Source of the DNA: Auanema rhodensis
Lineage: Eukaryota > Animalia > Nematoda
Direction: 5' to 3'
DNA: 64,000 nucleotides
NCBI GenBank assembly: GCA_964057225.1
Contig: OZ059896.1
Coordinates: 5,580,001-5,644,000 of the forward strand
In this document: piece after piece, positions 11,001-24,218 of the stretch
Layout: the number at the start of each line of letters is the position of its first letter
Numbering within the stretch: position 1 is the first letter of the stretch
The notes under the pieces: generated by a model
Seen by the model: the letters and a program-made list of their open reading frames with translations, nothing else
Told to the model about the DNA's origin: nothing
The model's database searches: none
Made by a program: the position numbers and the translations under genes

Positions 11001-14000
11001 ACTACATTGAGAAAAGCTAAATACAAAAATTAGTTATGATCGTTTGAAAAATGATGCATTAGTGTATGTTGAGTTTCCATGTACACTCAAAATTGCTTCC
11101 AAAAACATTTTGACAAAAATTTTTTCGAGAAATTTCAAAATGATTTAGCAAAAAGTAGATGTTTTTAGATTCTTTTTTCAAGGCAAAAACGATAGACAAT
11201 GTTATTCAACGAAAAAATTAATTCTTCAGGGTGAAAATCGAGGATATAGGTGTGAACTTATATCAGTTGATATCTCGGTGCATTTTCAAGCTAGCGCAAA
11301 TCTGATAACACAGATCGACGCAGGTTAAAAATCCGCATCGAATGCACTATACTACATTGAGAAAAGCTAAATACAAAAATTAGTTATGATCGTTTGAAAA
11401 ATGATGCATTAGTGTATGTTGAGTTTCCATGTACACTCAAAATTGCTTCCAAAAACATTTTGACAAAAATTTTTTCGAAAAATTTGAAAATAATTTAGCA
11501 AAAAGTAGATGTTTTTAGATTCCTTTTTTCAAGGCAAAAACGATGGACAATGTTATTCAACGAAAAAATTAATTCTTCAGGGTGAAAATCGAGGATATAA
11601 GTGTGAACTTATATCAGTTGATATCTCGGTGCATTTTTAAGCTAGCGCAAATCTGATAACACAGATCTACGCAGCTTAAAAATCCGCATCGAATGCACTA
11701 TACTACATTGAGAAAAGCTAAATACAAAAATTAGTTATGATCGTTTGAAAAATGATGCATTAGTGTATGTTGAGTTTCCATGTACACTCAAAATTGCTTC
11801 CAAAAACATTTTGACAAAAATTTTTTCGAGAAATTTCAAAATGATTTAGCAAAAAGTAGATGTTTTTAGATTCCTTTTTTCAAGGCAAAAACGATGGACA
11901 ATGTTATTCAACGAAAAAATTGATTCTTCAGGGTGAAAATCGAGGATATAGGTGTGAACTTACATCAGTAGATATCTCGGTGCATTTTCAAGCTAGCGCA
12001 AATCTGATAGTACAGATCGACGCAGCTTAAAAATCCGCATCGAATGCACTATACTACATTGAGAAACGCTTAATACAAAAATTAGTTATGATCGTTTGAA
12101 AAATGATGCATTAGTGTATGTTGAGTTTCCATGTACACTCAACATTGCTTCCAAAAACATTTTGACAAAAATTTTTTCGAAAAATTTCAAGATAATTTAG
12201 CAAAAAGTAGATGTTTTTAGATTCCTTTTTTCAAGGCAAAAACGATGGACAATGTTATTCAACGAAAAAATTAATTCCTCAGGGTGAAAATCGAGGATAT
12301 AAGTGTGAACTTATATCAGTTGATATCTCGGTGCATTTTCAAGCTAGCGCAAATCTGTTAGTACAGATCGACGCAGCTTACAATTCCGCATCGAATGCAC
12401 TTTACTACATTGAGAAACGCTTAATACAAAAATTAGTTATGATCGTTTGAAAAATGATGCATTAGTGTATGTTGAGTTTCCATGTACACTCAACATTGCT
12501 TCCAAAAACATTTTGACAAAAATTTTTTCGAAAAATTTCAAAATAATTTAGCAAAAAGTAGATGTTTTTAGATTCCTTTTTTCAAGGCAAAAACGATGGA
12601 CAATGTTATTCAACGAAAAAATTAATTCCTCAGGGTGAAAATCGAGGATATAAGTGTGAACTTATATCAGTTGATATCTCGGTGCATTTTTAAGCTAGCG
12701 CAAATCTGATAACACAGATATACGCAGCTTAAAAATCCGCATCGAATGCACTATACTACATTGAGAAAAGCTAAATACGAAAATTAGTTATGATCGTTTG
12801 AAAAATGATGCATTAGTGTATGTTGAGTTTCCTTGTACACTCAAAATTGCTTCCAAAAACATTTTGACAAAAATTTTTTCGAAAAATTTCAAAATAATTT
12901 AGCAAAAAGTAGATGTTTTTAGATTCCTTTTTTCGAGGCAAAAACGATAGACAATGTTATTCAACGAAAAAATTAATTCTTCAGGGTGAAAATCGAGGAT
13001 ATAAGTGTGAACTTATATCAGTTGATATCTCGGTGCATTTTTAAGCTAGCGCAAATCTGATAACACAGATCTACGCAGCTTAAAAATCCGCATCGAAAGC
13101 ACTATACTACATTGAGAAAAGCTAAATACAAAAATTAGTTATGATCGTTTGAAAAATGATGCATTAGTGTATGTTGAGTTTCCATGTACACTCAAAATTG
13201 CTTCCAAAAACATTTTGACAAAAATTTTTTCGAAAAATTTCAAAATAATTTAGCGAAAAGTAGATGTTTTTAGATTCCTTTTTTCGAGGCAAAAACGATA
13301 GACAATGTTATTCAACGAAAAAATTAATTCTTCAGGGTGAAAATCGAGGATATAGGTGTGAACTTATATCAGTTGATATCTCGGTGCATTTTCAAGCTAG
13401 CGCAAATCTGTTAGTACAGATCGAAGCAGCTTACAAATCCGCATCGAATGCACTATACTACATTGAGAAACGCTCAATACAAAAATTAGTTATGATCGTT
13501 TGAAAAATGATGCATTAGTGTATGTTGAGTTTCCATGTACACTCAAAATTGCTTCCAAAAACATTTTGACAAAAATTTTTTCGAAAAATTTCAAAATAAT
13601 TTAGCAAAAAGTAGATGTTTTTAGATTCCTTTTTTCAAGGCAAAAACGATAGACAATGTTATTCAACGAAAAAATTAATTCTTCAGGGTGAAAATCGAGG
13701 ATATAGGTGTGAACTTATATCAGTTGATATCTCGGTGCATTTTCAAGCTAGCGCAAATCTGATAACACAGATCGACGCAGGTTAAAAATCCGCATCGAAT
13801 GCACTATACTACATTGAGAAAAGCTAAATACAAAAATTAGTTATGATCGTTTGAAAAATGATGCATTAGTGTATGTTGAGTTTCCATGTACACTCAAAAT
13901 TGCTTCCAAAAACATTTTGACAAAAATTTTTTCGAGAAATTTCAAAATGATTTAGCAAAAAGTAGATGTTTTTAGATTCCTTTTTTCAAGGCAAAAACGA

Positions 14001-17000
14001 TGGACAATGTTATTCAACGAAAAAATTAATTCTTCAGGGTGAAAATCGAGGATATAAGTGTGAACTTATATCAGTTGATATCTCGGTGCATTTTCAAGCT
14101 AGCGCAAATCTGATAACACAGATCGACGCAGCTTAAAAATCCGCATCGAATGCACTATATTACATTGAGAAAAGCTAAATACAAAAATTAGTTATGATCG
14201 TTTGAAAAATGATGCATTAGTGTATGTTGAGTTTCCATGTACACTCAAAATTGCTTCCAAAAACATTTTGACAAAAATTTTTTCGAGAAATTTCAAAATG
14301 ATTTAGCAAAAAGTAGATGTTTTTAGATTCCTTTTTTCAAGGCAAAAACGATGGACAATGTTATTCAACGAAAAAATTAATTCTTCAGGGTGAAAATCGA
14401 GGATATAGGTGTGAACTTACATCAGTAGATATCTCGGTGCATTTTCAAGCTAGCGCAAATCTGATAGTACAGATCGACGCAGCTTAAAAATCCGCATCGA
14501 ATGCACTATACTACATTGAGAAACGCTTAATACAAAAATTAGTTATGATCGTTTGAAAAATGATGCATTAGTGTATGTTGAGTTTCCATGTACACTCAAC
14601 ATTGCTTCCAAAAACATTTTGACAAAAATTTTTTCGAAAAATTTCAAGATAATTTAGCAAAAAGTAGATGTTTTTAGATTCCTTTTTTCAAGGCAAAAAC
14701 GATGGACAATGTTATTCAACGAAAAAATTAATTCCTCAGGGTGAAAATCGAGGATATAAGTGTGAACTTATATCAGTTGATATCTCGGTGCATTTTTAAG
14801 CTAGCGCAAATCTGATAACACAGATCTACGCAGCTTAAAAATCCGCATCGAATGCACTATACTACATTGAGAAACGCTTAATACAAAAATTAGTTATGAT
14901 CGTTTGAAAAATGATGCATTAGTGTATGTTGAGTTTCCATGTACACTCAACATTGCTTCCAAAAACATTTTGACAAAAATTTTTTCGAATAATTTCAAAA
15001 TAATTTAGCAAAAAGTAGATGTTTTTAGATTCCTTTTTTCAAGGCAAAAACGATGGACAATGTTATTCAACGAAAAAATTAATTCCTCAGGGTGAAAATC
15101 GAGGATATAAGTGTGAACTTATATCAGTTGATATCTCGGTGCATTTTTAAGCTAGCGCAAATCTGATAACACAGATATACGCAGCTTAAAAATCCGCATC
15201 GAATGCACTATACTACATTGAGAAAAGCTAAATACGAAAATTAGTTATGATCGTTTGAAAAATGATGCATTAGTGTATGTTGAGTTTCCTTGTACACTCA
15301 AAATTGCTTCCAAAAACATTTTGACAAAAATTTTTTCGAAAAATTTCAAAATAATTTAGCGAAAAGTAGATGTTTTTAGATTCCTTTTTTCGAGGCAAAA
15401 ACGATAGACAATGTTATTCAACGAAAAAATTAATTCTTCAGGGTGAAAATCGAGGATATAGGTGTGAACTTATATCAGTTGATATCTCGGTGCATTTTCA
15501 AGCTAGCGCAAATCTGTTAGTACAGATCGAAGCAGCTTACAAATCCGCATCGAATGCACTATACTACATTGAGAAACGCTCAATACAAAAATTAGTTATG
15601 ATCGTTTGAAAAATGATGCATTAGTGTATGTTGAGTTTCCATGTACACTCAAAATTGCTTCCAAAAACATTTTGACAAAAATTTTTTCGAAAAATTTCAA
15701 AATAATTTAGCAAAAAGTAGATGTTTTTAGATTCCTTTTTTCAAGGCAAAAACGATAGACAATGTTATTCAACGAAAAAATTAATTCTTCAGGGTGAAAA
15801 TCGAGGATATAGGTGTGAACTTATATCAGTTGATATCTCGGTGCATTTTCAAGCTAGCGCAAATCTGATAACACAGATCGACGCAGGTTAAAAATCCGCA
15901 TCGAATGCACTATACTACATTGAGAAAAGCTAAATACAAAAATTAGTTATGATCGTTTGAAAAATGATGCATTAGTGTATGTTGAGTTTCCTTGTACACT
16001 CAAAATTGCTTCCAAAAACATTTTGACAAAAATTTTTTCGAAAAATTTCAAAATAATTTAGCAAAAAGTAGATGTTTTTAGATTCCTTTTTTCGAGGCAA
16101 AAACGATAGACAATGTTATTCAACGAAAAAATTAATTCTTCAGGGTGAAAATCGAGGATATAGGTGTGAACTTATATCAGTTGATATCTCGGTGCATTTT
16201 CAAGCTAGCGCAAATCTGTTAGTACAGATCGAAGCAGCTTACAAATCCGCATCGAATGCACTATACTACATTGAGAAACGCTCAATACAAAAATTAGTTA
16301 TGATCGTTTGAAAAATGATGCATTAGTGTATGTTGAGTTTCCATGTACACTCAAAATTGCTTCCAAAAACATTTTGACAAAAATTTTTTCGAAAAATTTC
16401 AAAATAATTTAGCAAAAAGTAGATGTTTTTAGATTCCTTTTTTCAAGGCAAAAACGATAGACAATGTTATTCAACGAAAAAATTAATTCTTCAGGGTGAA
16501 AATCGAGGATATAGGTGTGAACTTATATCAGTTGATATCTCGGTGCATTTTCAAGCTAGCGCAAATCTGTTAGTACAGATCGAAGCAGCTTACAAATCCG
16601 CATCGAATGCACTATACTACATTGAGAAACGCTCAATACAAAAATTAGTTATGATCGTTTGAAAAATGATGCATTAGTGTATGTTGAGTTTCCATGTACA
16701 CTCAAAATTGCTTCCAAAAACATTTTGACAAAAATTTTTTCGAAAAATTTCAAAATAATTTAGCAAAAAGTAGATGTTTTTAGATTCCTTTTTTCAAGGC
16801 AAAAACGATGGACAATGTTATTCAACGAAAAAATTAATTCCTCAGGGTGAAAATCGAGGATATAAGTGTGAACTTATATCAGTTGATATCTCGGTGCATT
16901 TTTAAGCTAGCGCAAATCTGATAACACAGATCTACGCAGCTTAAAAATCCGCATCGAATGCACTATACTACATTGAGAAAAGCTAAATACAAAAATTAGT

Positions 17001-20000
17001 TATGATCGTTTGAAAAATGATGCATTAGTGTATGTTGAGTTTCCATGTACACTCAAAATTGCTTCCAAAAACATTTTGACAAAAATTTTTTCGAAAAATT
17101 TCAAAATAATTTAGCGAAAAGTAGATGTTTTTAGATTCCTTTTTTCGAGGCAAAAACGATAGACAATGTTATTCAACGAAAAAATTAATTCTTCAGGGTG
17201 AAAATCGAGGATATAGGTGTGAACTTATATCAGTTGATATCTCGGTGCATTTTCAAGCTAGCGCAAATCTGTTAGTACAGATCGACGCAGCTTACAATTC
17301 CGCATCGAATGCACTTTACTACATTGAGAAACGCTTAATACAAAAATTAGTTATGATCGTTTGAAAAATGATGCATTAGTGTATGTTGAGTTTCCATGTA
17401 CACTCAACATTGCTTCCAAAAACATTTTGACAAAAATTTTTTCGAAAAATTTCAAAATAATTTAGCAAAAAGTAGATGTTTTTAGATTCCTTTTTTCAAG
17501 GCAAAAACGATGGACAATGTTATTCAACGAAAAAATTAATTCCTCAGGGTGAAAATCGAGGATATAAGTGTGAACTTATATCAGTTGATATCTCGGTGCA
17601 TTTTTAAGCTAGCGCAAATCTGATAACACAGATCTACGCAGCTTAAAAATCCGCAACGAATGCACTATACTACATTGAGAAAAGCTAAATACAAAAATTA
17701 GTTATGATCGTTTGAAAAATGATGCATTAGTGTATGTTGAGTTTCCATGTACACTCAAAATTGCTTCCAAAAACATTTTGACAAAAATTTTTTCGAAAAA
17801 TTTCAAAATAATTTAGCGAAAAATAGATGTTTTTAGATTCCTTTTTTCGAGGCAAAAACGATAGACAATGTTATTCAACGAAAAAAATAATTCTTCAGGG
17901 TGAAAATCGAGGATATAGGTGTGAACTTATATCAGTTGATATCTCGGTGCATTTTCAAGCTAGCGCAAATCTGTTAGTACAGATCGACGCAGCTTACAAT
18001 TCCGCATCGAATGCACTTTACTACATTGAGAAACGCTTAATACAAAAATTAGTTATGATCGTTTGAAAAATGATGCATTAGTGTATGTTGAGTTTCCATG
18101 TACACTCAACATTGCTTCCAAAAACATTTTGACAAAAATTTTTTCGAAAAATTTCAAGATAATTTAGCAAAAAGTAGATGTTTTTAGATTTCTTTTTTCA
18201 AGGCAAAAACGATGGACAATGTTATTCAACGAAAAAATTAATTCCTCAGGGTGAAAATCGAGGATATAAGTGTGAACTTATATCAGTTGATATCTCGGTG
18301 CATTTTTAAGCTAGCGCAAATCTGATAACACAGATCTACGCAGCTTAAAAATCCGCATCGAATGCACTATACTACATTGAGAAAAGCTAAATACAAAAAT
18401 TAGTTATGATCGTTTGAAAAATGATGCATTAGTGTATGTTGAGTTTCCATGTACACTCAAAATTGCTTCCAAAAACATTTTGACAAAAATTTTTTCGAAA
18501 AATTTCAAAATAATTTAGCGAAAAGTAGATGTTTTTAGATTCCTTTTTTCGAGGCAAAAACGATAGACAATGTTATTCAACGAAAAAAGTAATTCTTCAG
18601 GGTGAAAATCGAGGATATAGGTGTGAACTTATATCAGTTGATATCTCGGTGCATTTTTAAGCTAGCGCAAATCTGATAACACAGATCTACGCAGCTTAAA
18701 AATCCGCATCGAATGCACTATACTACATTGAGAAAAGCTAAATACAAAAATTAGTTATGATCGTTTGAAAAATGATGCATTAGTGTATGTTGAGTTTCCA
18801 TGTACACTCAAAATTGCTTCCAAAAACATTTTGACAAAAATTTTTTCGAAAAATTTCAAAATAATTTAGCAAAAAGTATATGTTTTTAGATTCCTTTTTT
18901 CAAGGCAAAAACGATGGACAATGTTATTCAACGAAAAAAATAATTCTTCAGGGTGAAAATCGAGGATATAAGTGTGAACTTATATCAGTTGATATCTCGG
19001 TGCATTTTTAAGCTAGCGCAAATCTGATAACACAGATCTACGCAGCTTAAAAATCCGCATCGAATGCACTATACTACATTGAGAAAAGCTAAATACATAA
19101 ATTAGTTATGATCGTTTGAAAAATGATGCATTAGTGTATGTTGAGTTTCCATGTACACTCAAAATTGCTTCCAAAAACATTTTGACAAAAATTTTTTCGA
19201 AAAATTTCAAAATAATTTAGCAAAAAGTAGATGTTTTTAGATTCCTTTTTTCAAGGCAAAAACGATGGACAATGTTATTCAACGAAAAAAATAATTCTTC
19301 AGGGTGAAAATCGAGGATATAAGTGTGAACTTATATCAGTTGATATCTCGGTGCATTTTTAAGCTAGCGCAAATCTGATAACACAGATCTACGCAGCTTA
19401 AAAATCCGCATCGAATGCACTATACTACATTGAGAAAAGCTAAATACATAAATTAGTTATGATCGTTTGAAAAATGATGCATTAGTGTATGTTGAGTTTC
19501 CATGTACACTCAACATTGCTTCCAAAAACATTTTGACAAAAATTTTTTCGAAAAATTTCAAAATAATTTAGCAAAAAGTAGATGTTTTTAGATTCCTTTT
19601 TTCAAGGCAAAAACGATGGACAATGTTATTCAACGAAAAAATTAATTCCTCAGGGTGAAAATCGAGGATATAAGTGTGAACTTATATCAGTTGATATCTC
19701 GGTGCATTTTTAAGCTAGCGCAAATCTGTTAGTACAGATCGAAGCAGCTTAAAAATCCGCATCGAATGCACTATACTACATTGAGAAAAGCTAAATACAA
19801 AAATTAGTTATGATCGTTTGAAAAATGATGCATTAGTGTATGTTGAGTTTCCATGTACACTCAAAATTGCTTCCAAAAACATTTTGACAAAAATTTTTTC
19901 GAAAAATTTCAAAATAATTTAGCGAAAAGTAGATGTTTTTAGATTCCTTTTTTCGAGGCAAAAACGATAGACAATGTTATTCAACGAAAAAATTAATTCT

Positions 20001-20357
20001 TCAGGGTGAAAATCGAGGATATAGGTGTGAACTTATATCAGTTGATATCTCGGTGCATTTTCAAGCTAGCGCAAATCTGTTAGTACAGATCGAAGCAGCT
20101 TACAAATCCGCATCGAATGCACTATACTACATTGAGAAACGCTCAATACAAAAATTAGTTATGATCGTTTGAAAAATGATGCATTAGTGTATGTTGAGTT
20201 TCCATGTACACTCAAAATTGCTTCCAAAAACATTTTGACAAAAATTTTTTCGAAAAATTTCAAAATAATTTAGCAAAAAGTAGATGTTTTTAGATTCCTT
20301 TTTTCAAGGCAAAAACGATGGACAATGTTATTCAACGAAAAAATTAATTCTTCAGGG
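8075..20357. repeat. Satellite haplotype domain B
   Basis: Diagnostic variants CTGTTAGTA, GCTTACAA, AATTCCTCAG, TTTCGAGGC, TAGCGAAAA and CAGGTTAAA are confined to this interval. CTCAACATT and GCTAAATAC are concentrated here. Confidence 0.8.
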
Positions 20358-21410
20358 TGAAAATCGAGGATATAGGTGTGAACTTATATCAGTTGATATC
20401 TCGGTGCATTTTCAAGCTAGCGCAAATCTGATAGTACAGATCGACGCAGCTTAAGAATCCGCATCGAATGCACTATACTACATTGAGAAAAGCTAAATAC
20501 AAAAATTGGTTATGATCGTTTGAAAAATGATGCATTACTGTATGTTGAGTTTCCATGTACACTCAACATTGCTTCCAAAAACATTTTGACAAAAATTTTT
20601 TCGAAATATTTCAAAATAATTTAGCAAAAAGTAGATGTTTTTAGATTCCTTTTTTCAAAGCAAAAACGATGGACAATGTTATTCAACGAAAAAATTAATT
20701 CTTCAGGGTGAAAATCGAGGATATAGGTGTGAACTTATATCAGTTGATATCTCGGTGCATTTTTAAGCTAGCGCAAATCTGATAACACAGATCGACGCAG
20801 CTTAAAAATCCGCATCGAATGCACTAAACTACATTGAGAAAAGCTTAATACAAAAATTAGTTATGATCGTTTGAAAAATGATGCATTAGTGTATGTTGAG
20901 TTTCCATGTACACTCAAAATTGCTTCCAAAAACATTTTGACAAAACTTTTTTCGAAATATTTCAAATAAATTTAGCAAAAAGTAGATGTTTTTAGATTCC
21001 TTTTTTCAAGGCAAAAACGATGGACAATGTTATTCAACGAAAAAATTAATTCTTCAGGGTGAAAATCGAGGATATAAGTGTGAACTTATATCAGTTGATA
21101 TCTCGGTGCATTTTTAAGCTAGCGCAAATCTGATAACACAGATCTACGCAGCTTAAAAATCCGCATCGAATGCACTATATTACATTGAGAAAAGCTAAAT
21201 ACAAAAATTAGTTATGATCGTTTGAAAAATGATGCATTACTGTATGTTGAGTTTCCATGTACACTCAACATTGCTTCCAAAAACATTTCGACAAAAATTT
21301 TTTCGAAATATTTCAAAATAATTTAGCAAAAAGTAGATGTTTTTAGATTCCTTTTTTCAAGGCAAAAACGATGGACAATGTTATTCAACGAAAAAATTAA
21401 TTCTTCAGGG

Positions 21411-24218
21411 TGAAAATCGAGGATATAAGTGTGAACTTATATCAGTTGATATCTCGGTGCATTTTTAAGCTAGCGCAAATCTGATAACACAGATCTACGC
21501 AGCTTAAAAATCCGCATCGAATGCACTAAACTACATTGAGAAAAGCTTAATACAAAAATTAGTTATGATCGTTTGAAAAATGATGCACTAGTGTATGTTG
21601 AGTTTCCATGTACACTCAAAATTGCTTCCAAAAACATTTTGATAAAAATTTTTTCCAAAAATTTCAAAATAATTTAGCAAAAAGTAGATGTTTTTAGATT
21701 CCTTTTTTCAAGGCAAAAACGATGGACAATGTTATTCAACGAAAAAATTAATTCTTCAGGGTGAAAATCGAGGATATAAGTGTGAACTTATATCAGTTGA
21801 TATCTCGGTGCATTTTCAAGCTAGCGCAAATCTGATAGTACAGATCGACGCAGCTTAAAAATCCGCATCGAATGCACTAAACTACATTGAGAAAAGCTTA
21901 ATACAAAAATTAGTTATGATCGTTTGAAAAATGATGCATTAGTGTATGTTGAGTTTCCATGTACACTCAAAATTGCTTCCAAAAACATTTTGACAAAACT
22001 TTTTTCGAAAAATTTCAAGATAATTTAGCAAAAAGTAGATGTTTCTAGATTCCTTTTTTCAAGGCAAAAACGATGGACAATGTTATTCAACGAAAAAATT
22101 AATTCTTCAGGGTGAAAATCGAGGATATAGGTGTGAACTTATATCAGTTGATATCTCGGTGCATTTTTAAGCTAGCGCAAATCTGATAACACAGATCTAC
22201 GCAGCTTAGAAATCCGCATCGAATGCACTAAACTACCTTGAGAAAAGCTTAATACAAAAATTAGTTATGATCGTTTGAAAAATGATGCATTAGTGTATGT
22301 TGAGTTTCCATGTACACTCAAAATTGCTTCCAAAAACATTTTGACAAAACTTTTTTCGAAAAATTTCAAAATAATTTAGCAAAAAGTAGATGTTTCTAGA
22401 TTCCTTTTTTCAAGGCAAAAACGATGGACAATGTTATTCAACGAAAAAATTAATTCTTCAGGGTGAAAATCGAAGATATAGGTGTGAACTTATATCAGTT
22501 GATATCTCGGTGCATTTTCAAGCTAGCGCAAATCTGATAGTACAGATCGACGCAGCTTAAAAATCCGCTTCGAATGCACTATACTACATTGAGAAACGCT
22601 TAATACAAAAATTAGTTATGATCGTTTGAAAAATGATGCATTAGTGTATGTTGAGTTTCCATGTACACTCAAAATTGCTTCCAAAAACATTTTGACAAAA
22701 CTTTTTTCCAAAAATTTCAAAATAATTTAGCAAAAAGTAGATGTTTTTAGATTCCTTTTTTCAAGGCAAAAACGATGGACAATGTTATTCAACGAAAAAA
22801 TTAATTCTTCAGGGTGAAAATCGAGGATATAAGTGTGAACTTATATCAGTTGATATCTCGGTGCATTTTTAAGCTAGCGCAAATCTGATAACACAGATCT
22901 ACGCAGCTTAAAAATCCGCATCGAATGCACTAAACTACATTGAGAAAAGCTTAATACAAAAATTAGTTATGATCGTTTGAAAAATGATGCACTAGTGTAT
23001 GTTGAGTTTCCATGTACACTCAAAATTGCTTCCAAAAACATTTTGATAAAAATTTTTTCCAAAAATTTCAAAATAATTTAGCAAAAAGTAGATGTTTTTA
23101 GATTCCTTTTTTCAAGGCAAAAACGATGGACAATGTTATTCAACGAAAAAATTAATTCTTCAGGGTGAAAATCGAGGATATAAGTGTGAACTTATATCAG
23201 TTGATATCTCGGTGCATTTTCAAGCTAGCGCAAATCTAATAGTACAGATCGACGCAGCTTAAAAATCCGCATCGAATGCACTAAACTACATTGAGAAAAG
23301 CTTAATACAAAAATTAGTTATGATCGTTTGAAAAATGATGCATTAGTGTATGTTGAGTTTCCATGTACACTCAAAATTGCTTCCAAAAACATTTTGACAA
23401 AACTTTTTTCGAAAAATTTCAAGATAATTTAGCAAAAAGTAGATGTTTCTAGATTCCTTTTTTCAAGGCAAAAACGATGGACAATGTTATTCAACGAAAA
23501 AATTAATTCTTCAGGGTGAAAATCGAGGATATAGGTGTGAACTTATATCAGTTGATATCTCGGTGCATTTTTAAGCTAGCGCAAATCTGATAACACAGAT
23601 CTACGCAGCTTAAAAATCCGCATCGAATGCACTAAACTACCTTGAGAAAAGCTTAATACAAAAATTAGTTATGATCGTTTGAAAAATGATGCATTAGTGT
23701 ATGTTGAGTTTCCATGTACACTCAAAATTGCTTCCAAAAACATTTTGACAAAACTTTTTTCGAAAAATTTCAAGATAATTTAGCAAAAAGTAGATGTTTC
23801 TAGATTCCTTTTTTCAAGGCAAAAACGATGGACAATGTTATTCAACGAAAAAATTAATTCTTCAGGGTGAAAATCGAAGATATAGGTGTGAACTTATATC
23901 AGTTGATATCTCGGTGCATTTTCAAGCTAGCGCAAATCTGATAGTACAGATCGACGCAGCTTAAAAATCCGCTTCGAATGCACTATACTACATTGAGAAA
24001 CGCTTAATACAAAAATTAGTTATGATCGTTTGAAAAATGATGCATTAGTGTATGTTGAGTTTCCATGTACACTCAAAATTGCTTCCAAAAACATTTTGAC
24101 AAAACTTTTTTCCAAAAATTTCAAAATAATTTAGCAAAAAGTAGATGTTTTTAGATTCCTTTTTTCAAGGCAAAAACGATGGACAATGTTATTCAACGAA
24201 AAAATTAATTCTTCAGGG
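21411..24218. repeat. Tandem duplication of a 4-monomer unit (1,404 bp)
   Basis: Rare variants TTGATAAAA (~21643/23047), CTACCTTG (~22237/23641) and CCGCTTCG (~22569/23973) each recur exactly 1,404 bp apart. Confidence 0.9.

Noticed and set aside
8001-20172. 79-aa ORFs (MFLDSFF...), nine copies
   Set aside because: They are open only when CAA at offset 56 and the domain-B TAA-to-TAC variant coincide. The 351-bp unit is a multiple of 3, so the frame repeats trivially. They only mark a haplotype.
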